From contig JAZSDL010000001.1 of the NCBI GenBank assembly GCA_045531135.1, positions 12,720 through 76,719 of the forward strand: a stretch of 64,000 bases of DNA, in the 5' to 3' direction. Shown in pieces: positions 1 through 8,861 of this stretch. Every line of letters begins with the position of its first letter. Position 1 is the stretch's first letter. The notes beneath the pieces were generated by a model that saw nothing but the letters and a program-made list of their open reading frames with translations, searched no databases and was not told the origin of the DNA. The translations under genes were made by a program, and so were the position numbers. The stretch comes from Eubacteriales bacterium. Lineage in GTDB: Bacteria; Bacillota; Clostridia; Oscillospirales; CAG-382.

Positions 1-1875
1 GTGTATAAAATGGCTACCGTAAAATGGGTTGCCGGCGCGACATTCTCTACATATCAGGGCGGAACCTATTATTCCGGTAATACATATTACGGAATTCCGT
101 ATTCTTGGTCGAGCAGTATCGGAATCGTAGATTACGAATCGTTTATCACAAAAGCAGGCACGAGCAAAAAAATCTCTGCGGATATCGGCAGAAACGACTG
201 TATTTCCATGATTTTAAGTGCATACAGCAAGGTCGATAGCGGAGTTAAGGTCAGCGGTCAGAGCACCTCAAGCATAAAGCCGGGCAGTAACAATATAGTA
301 AAGGTCGGAGATTATACTTATACGACCAACAAAAGCACTACCTGCAGCACAAACGGTCAAAGCGTAATGTATGCCGCGTACTCAAAGCTTCAGCCGGGTG
401 ATTTGATCGTTAAAGACGGACACGCTGTGTTTGTTGTTTCGGTAGATGCGACAAACAAAAAGCTCACGGTAATCGAGCAAACGGGTGCAAACAAGTACTA
501 TAACACCTCGACCAAAAAATGTACAGATGCCTCCTCGGCAAGTGCGCGTAATACCACGTGGGATATTAATGATACGTTGTCTTTTTCGGTTATTTATAAT
601 GCGGGATATATTCCTCTTACCTGTAAAGCGCTTGCGAATAATACCGCATCTCGAATCAGATATACCTTTAGCTATAACGCAAACGGCGGCAGCGGTTCCG
701 TAAGCAGCGGTTATGCATATAACGGCGGCGGATATACGATCGAGAATAACGCATTTACACGTGCGGGTTATACCTTCAGCCATTATACCGTAAAGCGCAG
801 CGATAACACCTGGTACGTTGCGGGAACGGGCTGGCTCACCGAAAGCGAGATCGCTTCGGGCGGATATACAAAACGTCCTTACACTCCCGGCACGCTGTAT
901 ACCATCAACGATTCCTGGACCGGCGGGGCTACTACTGCGTTTTCATATACGTTTTACGCCGAGTGGGTTCCTGCGGAGTATAAGGTTTTTGCATACGAAA
1001 ATCACAGTCAAAAGAACTATATTTTAGACAGCGCCTTTGTAAACGGCTTGGATACGGCTGCGTGGTATAGCCGCGATACATCGGTTTCGACTATCTCGTG
1101 CGATACCTCTGTTAAGCGTGTGTCGGATTGCAATACGCTGAAAATAGTTAATACGTCGGCGGGCTCAAGCGGCAAGGATCTGGCGATACCGACCTCCACT
1201 AACGGAAATGTAAAGGACAACGGATATAACGGCGACACCAAGAATATGACACTCAGCTTTTGGGCAAAATCCTCCAAAGCGGGCACGAAAATATATTTCC
1301 GTTGGGGTTATCAAAGCGAGTACAGAAGTGTTACACTCAGCACCGAATGGACGTATTATACCATCGCTATGAACAAAACCAATAACGAGGGCTATTATAT
1401 GCATCCGTATGTGGATAGCGCGGGAACGGTCTGGGTATCCGAGCTTCAGTTAGAGGACGGAACCTCTGCAACCTCTTTTGTAAACGAAAGCGGCAAAAAG
1501 CACACATTTTATGCTACATATGAAAGCACGTATGCCGATCTGCCTACACCCGTTAAGGACGGCTATGTCTTCGACGGCTGGTATACTGTTAATACTTCTA
1601 ACGGAGCTTCGCAGAGGATAGACAGCAGCACGGAGGTTTTGCCGTATAACCTTTGCCTGTATGCACGCTGGTCAAACGGATCGCTCGGCGATGTTAACGG
1701 TGACAAAACGGTCGATTCGCTCGATTACGTTATCGTTAAACGCTCCTGCTTTAATACCTACGAGCTAAGCGCAGGCGAATATAGCCGTGCAAACGTTAAC
1801 GGCGACGATGAGATAAACTCTCTCGACTATGTTATTATAAAGCGCATCGTATTCGGCACGGCATCCGTTGCATAA
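1..1875 (+). CDS. Multidomain protein, probably secreted and 5'-truncated: NlpC/P60-like Cys-His peptidase region, InlB B/Flg_new repeats, CBM4/9-like domain, C-terminal dockerin
   Basis: GRNDCISMI...KDGHAVFV resembles the NlpC/P60 Cys/His pair; YNANGGSG...GYTF and LPTPVKDGYVFDGWY are Flg_new-type repeats; LSFWAKS...VWVSELQLEDG is CBM-like; twin GDVNGDKTVDSLDY / ANVNGDDEINSLDY loops are a dockerin. Frame open at the window start. Confidence 0.7.
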   Translation: MYKMATVKWVAGATFSTYQGGTYYSGNTYYGIPYSWSSSIGIVDYESFITKAGTSKKISADIGRNDCISMILSAYSKVDSGVKVSGQSTSSIKPGSNNIVKVGDYTYTTNKSTTCSTNGQSVMYAAYSKLQPGDLIVKDGHAVFVVSVDATNKKLTVIEQTGANKYYNTSTKKCTDASSASARNTTWDINDTLSFSVIYNAGYIPLTCKALANNTASRIRYTFSYNANGGSGSVSSGYAYNGGGYTIENNAFTRAGYTFSHYTVKRSDNTWYVAGTGWLTESEIASGGYTKRPYTPGTLYTINDSWTGGATTAFSYTFYAEWVPAEYKVFAYENHSQKNYILDSAFVNGLDTAAWYSRDTSVSTISCDTSVKRVSDCNTLKIVNTSAGSSGKDLAIPTSTNGNVKDNGYNGDTKNMTLSFWAKSSKAGTKIYFRWGYQSEYRSVTLSTEWTYYTIAMNKTNNEGYYMHPYVDSAGTVWVSELQLEDGTSATSFVNESGKKHTFYATYESTYADLPTPVKDGYVFDGWYTVNTSNGASQRIDSSTEVLPYNLCLYARWSNGSLGDVNGDKTVDSLDYVIVKRSCFNTYELSAGEYSRANVNGDDEINSLDYVIIKRIVFGTASVA

Positions 1876-1889
1876 ATAATATCGGTTTG

Positions 1890-1932
1890 AAAAACAGACT
1901 CGAAGGGAAGTATATCCCACGAGTCTGTTTTT
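1890..1932 (+). terminator. Intrinsic terminator
   Basis: AAAAACAGACTCG...CGAGTCTGTTTTT inverted repeat just after the stop codon. Confidence 0.75.
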
Positions 1933-1948
1933 GTATTTTCAACATCCT

Positions 1949-1989
1949 GAACATTTGTTCTTGACAAACGTTTGTTCGGGTGATATGAT
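1949..1989 (+). promoter_or_regulatory. sigma-A promoter of dinB with overlapping LexA (SOS) boxes
   Basis: Perfect GAAC-N4-GTTC (GAACATTTGTTC, 1949-1960) abuts TTGACA (1961-1966); 17-bp spacer contains a second box AAACGTTTGTTC (1966-1977); TG-n-TATGAT -10 (1984-1989). Confidence 0.85.
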
Positions 1990-2055
1990 GTTTGTAAGAA
2001 CAAACGAAAAGAGAAGTAAGCTATGTATATGGGCCCGTCCGACGGTGGACAAACA

Positions 2056-3309
2056 ATGAAAAATTCCAATTTTCATAAAAAAACAAATCTGCAAGCGCTT
2101 GCGGATAAACCGTTTCGGACGGTCTTGCATTGTGATGCAAACTCATTTTTCGCCTCCTGCGAGACAGCTCTGCATCCCGAATACGCAAACGTGCCGATGG
2201 CGGTTTGCGGAAGCGTAGAGGACAGACACGGTATTGTTCTTGCAAAAAACGAGCTTGCAAAAAAATATAATATCCGCACTGCCGAAACGGTGTGGGAGGC
2301 AAAGAAAAAATGCCCCTGTCTGCTTATAGTCCGCCCGACCTACAATCTTTACGGCGAAATGTCACAGAAAATGAATAAAATATTTTACGATTACACCGAC
2401 CTTGTAGAGCCGTTTGGAATAGACGAAAGCTGGCTCGACGTAAGCGGATCGCTAAAGCTGTTCGGCAGCGGACGTGCGATCGCCGACGATATAAGAGCGC
2501 GGATAAGCAGGGAATTGGGTATAACCGTTTCGGTCGGGGTGTCGTTTAATAAGGTGTTCGCCAAGCTCGGAAGCGATTTGAAAAAGCCAAATGCAACGTC
2601 GATCATCCCGCCCGAGCGGTTTGCCTCTGTTGTCTGGCCGCTTCCGGTAAGCGCTCTGCTTTTTGTAGGACCGTCAACGGTGCGTGTGCTTGCGCGTATA
2701 GGGATAAATACAATCGGTGACCTTGCCTGCTGTGATAAGCAAACTGTCGAAAATGCGCTTGGTAAAAACGGCATTATGCTTCGGGAGTTCGCGCTTGGGC
2801 GCGATTTTGCCGAGGTTACGCCGTTTGGCTACGAGCCCGAGCCGAAATCGGTGTCAAACGGTATGACGTTTAGGTATAATCTTGCCAGCCGGCAGGATGT
2901 TTCGTTTGCCGTGACCTATCTGTCGATGTCGGTTGCCGAGCGTCTGCGCAAGCACGGGCGGTGCTGTAAGAACGTTGCGGTAACTATCCGCACGCCAGAT
3001 CAGAATTCGATAAACCGCTCGGCCATGCTTGCGCATCCGACTTGCCTTTGGAAAGAAATATCTAAAAAGGCGTTGGATATAATAACATCAAGCATGCCGT
3101 CGGAGAAGGAAATATATTCGGTAACGGTGCATGCCGAAAAGCTGACCCGCGAGAACGAGTTTTTGTATCAACAGAGCTTTTTTTCGGATGAATGGGAGGA
3201 AAGCTACCGCAAAAGCCACTCGCTCGAATCGGCTGTGGATTCTATCCGCGCACGTTACGGGCGCGGTGCGATAAGTATCGCTTCGTCAATAAATAATCGC
3301 TTGGTTTAA
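2056..3309 (+). CDS. dinB: DNA polymerase IV (Y family)
   Basis: LHCDANSFFAS, FGIDESWLD, NKVFAKLGSDLKKP motifs; start 2056 chosen over 2023 from RBS position. Confidence 0.93.
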   Translation: MKNSNFHKKTNLQALADKPFRTVLHCDANSFFASCETALHPEYANVPMAVCGSVEDRHGIVLAKNELAKKYNIRTAETVWEAKKKCPCLLIVRPTYNLYGEMSQKMNKIFYDYTDLVEPFGIDESWLDVSGSLKLFGSGRAIADDIRARISRELGITVSVGVSFNKVFAKLGSDLKKPNATSIIPPERFASVVWPLPVSALLFVGPSTVRVLARIGINTIGDLACCDKQTVENALGKNGIMLREFALGRDFAEVTPFGYEPEPKSVSNGMTFRYNLASRQDVSFAVTYLSMSVAERLRKHGRCCKNVAVTIRTPDQNSINRSAMLAHPTCLWKEISKKALDIITSSMPSEKEIYSVTVHAEKLTRENEFLYQQSFFSDEWEESYRKSHSLESAVDSIRARYGRGAISIASSINNRLV

Positions 3310-3316
3310 AAAAATG

Positions 3317-3345
3317 CCGCCGCAGACACAATCGTCCTGCGGCGG
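3317..3345. terminator. Hairpin between convergent genes
   Basis: CCGCCGCAG...CTGCGGCGG. Confidence 0.6.
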
Positions 3346-3352
3346 ATCTTGT

Positions 3353-4105
3353 TTATTCGTATTTGATACCGACCGATTCGGTTTTGTACTTGTCGGGGAT
3401 CATAGGCGTTTCAAAAGCTGCTCTGTATGCGGCTTTTTTAAGCAGGTCTGCTTCGGATGCATCAAGCCCGCCGTTAAACGTGATCGCTCTCGGATCGGTT
3501 TTGAAAATCTTGGCAAGAATCGTTATCGCGGCTAAGTAGCTTCCGCTGTAAGAGGGGTGTGCAAGGTCCTCAAAGTAAAGCTCAATGCCGTTTTCCTCGC
3601 TTGAGTCGATATCGCGGAAGGCGAGCCCTGCGTGCGCGACCTCGATACCCAGCTCGCTTGCTATCGCCTCGTAAGCGGCGGCGATCATATAGGTCATGCT
3701 TTCGTTGGTCCAGCCGTTTTGTATAAGCGTGTCGCTGCCGTTTTTGCGGCTCCACGTGCCGTAGAGAACAGGGGTTGCGCCGTTGCTTCTCGCTTTTTTG
3801 ATAAGCTTGCGCACCCCGTCGTAGAATTTGCCGGGATTGAGTATCGAGCAGGTGCTCTGCTCCTGAAGCACAACGAAATCGTATTTGCTTTCGCTAAGCG
3901 CCGCTTCTACCTGAGCGCCGACTGCATCATCGGCGTTGGCCGAATCAAACAGATACCAACCGCCCTTTGTCACGCGCGTTGCGGTGACATCATAGCCCAA
4001 GCTCTCGGCCGCCGAGGAAAATAACACCTCGGGCAGATCGTTGTAATAAGTGTAGCTGTTTCCGATAAAAAGTATGTTGTAATGCTTGCTTTTACAGAGC
4101 TCCAT
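3353..4105 (-). CDS. SGNH/GDSL-family hydrolase
   Basis: ILFIGNSYT block I, VVLQEQS, DLAHPS (DxxH). Confidence 0.8.
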   Translation of the reverse strand: MELCKSKHYNILFIGNSYTYYNDLPEVLFSSAAESLGYDVTATRVTKGGWYLFDSANADDAVGAQVEAALSESKYDFVVLQEQSTCSILNPGKFYDGVRKLIKKARSNGATPVLYGTWSRKNGSDTLIQNGWTNESMTYMIAAAYEAIASELGIEVAHAGLAFRDIDSSEENGIELYFEDLAHPSYSGSYLAAITILAKIFKTDPRAITFNGGLDASEADLLKKAAYRAAFETPMIPDKYKTESVGIKYE

Positions 4106-4120
4106 AAATAACTCCCGAGT

Positions 4121-4789
4121 TCAATATGCTTCCGGATATTTTTCTTCAACTATCGCGCTTCTTTCGGTCGTAAACGATAGCAACCAATCGTAATTGTCTT
4201 TGTCGGTGTATACCTTGTCCCAGCAGTTATGCTCAAGTGTAGGGAAAAGTATCAGCTCGGCATTTCCGCCCAGGCGATTGATCGCCTTTACCATTTCAAG
4301 ACTCTCTATCGGATCAACGATAGTATCACGCACACCGTGGAAGGTGCGGATAGGCAGACCGACATATCTGTCGGCGATCCACTTCATACCGCCGCCGCAT
4401 AGCGGCATAACGGCGGCAAACCAATCGGGGCGAAGCGATGCAAGCTCCCAGGTTCCGTACCCGCCCATGCTGTTGCCGGTAACATATACCCGCGCAGTGT
4501 CTATAAAATCAAGCGCGCGTGTGCAATCGACAAGATCGATCAGATAAGGCATAACCTCGTTCCAGTTGTTAACACTGCATAGCGGCGCCAGCAGGACGTA
4601 TCCGAAATTCTTTCGGCTGTCCAGATGGATAAATGAGGGATAGCTTTTTAAAACTCCGAGATCGTTGCTTATCCCGCCTCTGCCGTGCAAAAACACTATC
4701 AGCGGGTATTTTTTGCCTGCATCAAAATCATCGGGATATGATATCAGGTATTTTATGCTTTTATATAACTTTTCCTCGGTCATATACAT
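4121..4789 (-). CDS. Alpha/beta hydrolase (esterase/peptidase-like)
   Basis: YPLIVFLHGRG, GNSMGG nucleophile elbow, HGVRD, EHNCW. Confidence 0.8.
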   Translation of the reverse strand: MYMTEEKLYKSIKYLISYPDDFDAGKKYPLIVFLHGRGGISNDLGVLKSYPSFIHLDSRKNFGYVLLAPLCSVNNWNEVMPYLIDLVDCTRALDFIDTARVYVTGNSMGGYGTWELASLRPDWFAAVMPLCGGGMKWIADRYVGLPIRTFHGVRDTIVDPIESLEMVKAINRLGGNAELILFPTLEHNCWDKVYTDKDNYDWLLSFTTERSAIVEEKYPEAY

Positions 4790-4880
4790 AACCCTCCGCT
4801 TTTATTAACGATTATAATATATCACCGTTCGGCGAAAAAGTCAATCCGCGTTGGTATGGATAAAAACGATTTGTAATATC

Positions 4881-4903
4881 GTAGGGCAGGAGCAAGCCCC
4901 TGC
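4881..4903 (+). repeat. REP-like GTAG-headed imperfect hairpin
   Basis: GTAG-G-GCAGGAGC-AA-GCCCCTGC in an intergenic region; single copy seen in window. Confidence 0.4.
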
Positions 4904-4958
4904 TGCCGAATCCCGCTCCGCAACTGACGATACATCTCGAGCGGAAAGCTATAAAAAC

Positions 4959-4982
4959 AAGCGGAGTGAATTTCACTCCGCT
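4959..4982. repeat. 24-bp palindrome, copy 1 (terminator-like; overlaps AraC stop codon)
   Basis: AAGCGGAGTGAATTTCACTCCGCT; near-identical to 8833-8857. Confidence 0.75.
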
Positions 4983-5767
4983 GTTGATTTATAGTGCTTT
5001 CGGTATTCGCTTGGTGACATTTGATAAGCGTTTTTAAACATTTTGTTGAAATATACCGCATCGCTTATACCTACGGAATTTGCAATCGACGTGACGGTAG
5101 AGCTTGTTCTTAGCAGCAGCTCTGCTGCCAAGGATAAACGGTAATTATTCAAGTATGCAATAGGAGAAATACCTGTTTGCTTTTTAAATGCAGCAAAAAA
5201 GTGCGAGGCAGAAATATTTACGCTTTGGGCGATATCTTTAACGGTGATCTTTTCGGTATAATGATTCTCGATATAGGATACCGCTCCGACGATATAGGAT
5301 GGAAATCGGTTTTGCTTTTCGGTACCGACCGATAAAAGCAGTTTTATTATTTGGTAGTAACAGACATATTTATCTCCTATGTTATCCGATCCGAAAAGTC
5401 TGTTGAATACAATATTCATTTCATTTTTTGCATGTTCGGGCAAAATGGTCGGAAAGCTGTAGATATCATCCAGATAATATGCATCATTGATCTTTACCTT
5501 GAGGAAGATCCATCTGCAGGTCATTCTGCCCGTCGCCGTATCGGCATGGTGGATAATGGATTGCGTTGCTTCCGATGGAGCAATAAAGAACCCTCCGTCG
5601 CCGGTGTTATCCATTTCGGCGTTGCCGAGCCCAATGCTGTATCTTCCTTCGACAGCTTGTACTATCGAGAGATACGGCAATACCTTGCTGTGATGTACTC
5701 CGTCGATGGTATAAGAGCTGAATCCGTTTGTGAAGGTATATTCCAAATCGATCTTTTTAATTGACAC
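4973..5767 (-). CDS. AraC-family transcriptional regulator
   Basis: C-terminal double HTH (DIAQSVNISASHF...IANSVGISDAVYFNKMFK..SPSEYR); cupin-like N-terminus; divergent from the GRE operon. Confidence 0.9.
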   Translation of the reverse strand: MSIKKIDLEYTFTNGFSSYTIDGVHHSKVLPYLSIVQAVEGRYSIGLGNAEMDNTGDGGFFIAPSEATQSIIHHADTATGRMTCRWIFLKVKINDAYYLDDIYSFPTILPEHAKNEMNIVFNRLFGSDNIGDKYVCYYQIIKLLLSVGTEKQNRFPSYIVGAVSYIENHYTEKITVKDIAQSVNISASHFFAAFKKQTGISPIAYLNNYRLSLAAELLLRTSSTVTSIANSVGISDAVYFNKMFKNAYQMSPSEYRKHYKSTAE

Positions 5768-5863
5768 AATTATTCACCTCGATAGTATTATACTAAAAAA
5801 CAATATGAATTTCAATGGTTATAATAGTATTTGCTTGTTATAATAGGAACGAGGTGATGGTTT

Positions 5864-7993
5864 GTGAAGTTTTTTGCCGTAAACGGAGAAAGACCGATAA
5901 GGTTAAGCGAAAAAACCAGAAGATTTGCTTTTGACTCGTTAAATCATAAATACGGAATAGATACCTGTAAAACCCCCGACATATCTATGGATGACATCGA
6001 GGGCTTTGAAAAGCTGCCCGCGCTCGAAAAATATAATATAGGAATCAAGCGTATTGTAACCGAAGCGCCTATTCGTATATGCGAGGGCGAAAAGATCAGC
6101 GGCGCGGCAACGCTCGGCAGTGCAATAAGACATATTGTCCCCGTGACCTATAACGGCAGTGCGCTTTTCAGCTCGGCGAGCCACTTGACTATAGATTTCG
6201 AGACGGTTCTGAAAAAAGGTATAAACCACATACGGACACAAGCAACAGAAGCTTTGGAGAGATATAAGGGCACGGGCAAAGAAGCATTTTTGAACAGTTG
6301 TCTGCATTGTATTGATTGTATGGAGATCTGGCGCGGCAGATATCTGAACGAACTAAAGAAAATGCCTGAGTATCTCTCTAATTACGAGAATTTGAAAAAC
6401 GTTCCTTTCGATCCTCCTGCGAATTTTTATGAGGCAGTTCAAAGCTTATGGTTTACCTTTGCGTATACCAGACTTTGCGGCAACTGGCCGGGGATCGGAA
6501 GAATAGATTATCTTTTGGGAGATTATCTTGAAAGGGATTTTAAAAACGGAACTTTGTCTGTTGATGAAGCACGCGAAATATTGGCTCATTTCTTTATTAA
6601 GGGCTGCGAATGGGTAAAAGGCGGTAATTACGGCAGCGGTGATGCTCAACATTATCAGAACATCCTGCTCGGCGGTGTGGATGAAAACGGCAACGAGGTT
6701 ACAAATACAGTTACTTATCTCATATTAGACGTCTTGGAGGAGCTGGGAATAAGTGATTTTCCCACCACCGTGCGTATTAATAAAAATACAAGTCAAAAAT
6801 TGCTGACCCGTGTTGCCGAGGTAATACGGCTTGGCGGCGGTGTGATCGCTGTATATAACGAGGATTTGATAATTGACTCGCTTGTCAACTATGGGTACAA
6901 GCTCGGCGAAGCGCGGAAATTCGCAAACGACGGCTGCTGGGAGGTGCAAATTCCCGGTAAAACGTTTTTTACGTATATTCCGTTCGACGGTTTGCAGATT
7001 CTTCAAAAAAACACTCTGGATAATTACAGCGGCGCTGTAAGCTTTACGGATTTTGAATCTTTATACAACGCTTTTATAGGTGATTTGAAAAGTAGGGTAG
7101 AGGAACTTATCACCGAAAGAAACAGAAACGTATTTGTTGATACCGCGGCACCGACAAAGGATTGGGTATGGTATTCATCTACGCCGTGTACGGTGATTTC
7201 GCTGTTTGAGCAAGGATGTATAGAAAAGGGGCTCAGCTATTTCGAGGGAGGACCCGTGTATAATGTTGTCTCGCCACATATTGGCGGGTTGGCAGATATT
7301 GTGAACAGTCTGTACGCTATTAAAAAATTGGTTTATGACGATAAAAAGGTGACATTTTGCGAACTGATGAGCTCCCTGAAGAATAATTGGGAGGATAATG
7401 AGGTCCTAAGGCAGTATGCGCTTAATAAGTATTTGTATTTCGGAAACGATAACGACGAGGCAGACGTTATTGCAAAAAACATAATCGGCGATTTTGCAAA
7501 AATTTGCGATACGGTTAAAAGCGCATTTAAAACACCTGCGGGTATCAGTACCTTCGGTCGTCAATTGGAATGGAGCGTGCTCAGGCACGCAACCCCTTAC
7601 GGAAAGTTGAAAAACAGTGTTCTTGCAGGCAACTGCTCTCCTACGCCGGGAACAGACAAAAAAGGAGCCACCGCTATCATAAAATCGTTTTGCAAGGCGG
7701 ATTTGAAATACGCCGTCTCCGGTGCTGCTCTTGATATCAAGCTCCTGCCGTCTGCCGTTAATAACGAGAACGGAGTAGAGAGCATCGCCTCGCTTATTCG
7801 CGGATTTGTGACACTTGGCGGACATTTTATGCAGTTGGATATTGCCGATGCGTCACTTTTAAAAGCTGCTCAGGAGAATCCTGAGGATTATCAAAGTCTT
7901 TCGGTTCGTGTTTCGGGCTGGAACGCACGTTTTGTTACACTCAATAAAGAATGGCAAGATATGATCATTGCTCAAACGGGAAGTGAGTTATAA
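5864..7993 (+). CDS. Glycyl radical enzyme (PFL superfamily), substrate unknown
   Basis: FYEAVQSLWF, GRIDYLL, Cys loop NDGCWE, HFMQLDI, Gly loop VRVSGW; GTG start after GAGGTG. Confidence 0.9.
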   Translation: MKFFAVNGERPIRLSEKTRRFAFDSLNHKYGIDTCKTPDISMDDIEGFEKLPALEKYNIGIKRIVTEAPIRICEGEKISGAATLGSAIRHIVPVTYNGSALFSSASHLTIDFETVLKKGINHIRTQATEALERYKGTGKEAFLNSCLHCIDCMEIWRGRYLNELKKMPEYLSNYENLKNVPFDPPANFYEAVQSLWFTFAYTRLCGNWPGIGRIDYLLGDYLERDFKNGTLSVDEAREILAHFFIKGCEWVKGGNYGSGDAQHYQNILLGGVDENGNEVTNTVTYLILDVLEELGISDFPTTVRINKNTSQKLLTRVAEVIRLGGGVIAVYNEDLIIDSLVNYGYKLGEARKFANDGCWEVQIPGKTFFTYIPFDGLQILQKNTLDNYSGAVSFTDFESLYNAFIGDLKSRVEELITERNRNVFVDTAAPTKDWVWYSSTPCTVISLFEQGCIEKGLSYFEGGPVYNVVSPHIGGLADIVNSLYAIKKLVYDDKKVTFCELMSSLKNNWEDNEVLRQYALNKYLYFGNDNDEADVIAKNIIGDFAKICDTVKSAFKTPAGISTFGRQLEWSVLRHATPYGKLKNSVLAGNCSPTPGTDKKGATAIIKSFCKADLKYAVSGAALDIKLLPSAVNNENGVESIASLIRGFVTLGGHFMQLDIADASLLKAAQENPEDYQSLSVRVSGWNARFVTLNKEWQDMIIAQTGSEL

Positions 7994-8808
7994 TGCTGAT
8001 CAGCGATATACAACGGTTTTGTATGCACGACGGTCCCGGTATAAGAACGACAGTGTTTTTCAAGGGATGTCCTCTTAGCTGTGAATGGTGCCACAATCCC
8101 GAAACTCAAAGCTTACAAAAAGAAATATTGTTTTATAAAAGCAAATGTATTAATTGCGGTGCTTGCAACTCCTGCGAAAAACAAGAGTGTGTTGCCTGCG
8201 GTGAATGTGCAAAAAACTGTCCCACAAACGCCAGAGAGGTCGTGGGACAAGAATATTCGCCCGATCAGCTTTATGAGCATTTGCAAAAAGACGTTGCTTT
8301 TTACGGCAAAAACGGCGGTGTTACTTTTTCGGGCGGCGAGTGTATGCTGCAAATAGATCCATTGACGAAAACACTTAAAATGTGTAACGAAAACGGTATA
8401 CATACTGCCGTTGATACCTCGGGACACGTGCCGTTTGAGAGCTTTGAAAAAATTTTGCCTTATACCGATTTGTTTCTTTACGACGTAAAGCTGTTTGACC
8501 CCGAAAATCACAAAAAATATACCGGCGTAGATAATGAATTGATTTTCAAAAACCTGAAAAAGCTGTTTGATGCAGGTGCGGAAATATGGATTCGTATTCC
8601 TGTTATTCCGTCGGTTAACGACAGCATAGAGGAAATGCAAAAAATAAAGAATTTTTTAGATAGGTGCGGTTTCCCCGAAAGGATAGAGCTGCTGCCGTAT
8701 CATCCTATGGGCGAAAGCAAATGCTCTGCGCTTGGGAAATCACAACGTATATTCGAAATACCGAGCTCGGAAAAAATGAAATTGCTCGAAGAAGTTTTTG
8801 TTGGGTAG
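7993..8808 (+). CDS. Glycyl-radical enzyme activating protein (radical SAM, ferredoxin insert)
   Basis: HDGPGIRTTVFFKGCPLSCEWCHNPE, CxxCxxC inserts, GGVTFSGGE, ELLPYH; 1-nt overlap with the GRE stop. Confidence 0.93.
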   Translation: MLISDIQRFCMHDGPGIRTTVFFKGCPLSCEWCHNPETQSLQKEILFYKSKCINCGACNSCEKQECVACGECAKNCPTNAREVVGQEYSPDQLYEHLQKDVAFYGKNGGVTFSGGECMLQIDPLTKTLKMCNENGIHTAVDTSGHVPFESFEKILPYTDLFLYDVKLFDPENHKKYTGVDNELIFKNLKKLFDAGAEIWIRIPVIPSVNDSIEEMQKIKNFLDRCGFPERIELLPYHPMGESKCSALGKSQRIFEIPSSEKMKLLEEVFVG

Positions 8809-8831
8809 TGTATAGCGTGGCGGAAAAAGCA

Positions 8832-8858
8832 AAAGCGGAGTGGAATTCACTCCGCTTT
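8832..8858. terminator. Palindrome copy 2 / bidirectional terminator
   Basis: AAAGCGGAGTGGAATTCACTCCGCTTT between convergent genes. Confidence 0.75.
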
Positions 8859-8861
8859 ATA

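Noticed and set aside
3353-4789. SGNH hydrolase and esterase as part of the GRE pathway
   Set aside because: They lie outside the palindrome-bounded unit; only adjacency supports a link
5864-7993. Calling the GRE pyruvate formate-lyase (pflB) or cutC
   Set aside because: Lacks the Cys-Cys pair of PFL and the size and BMC context of CutC
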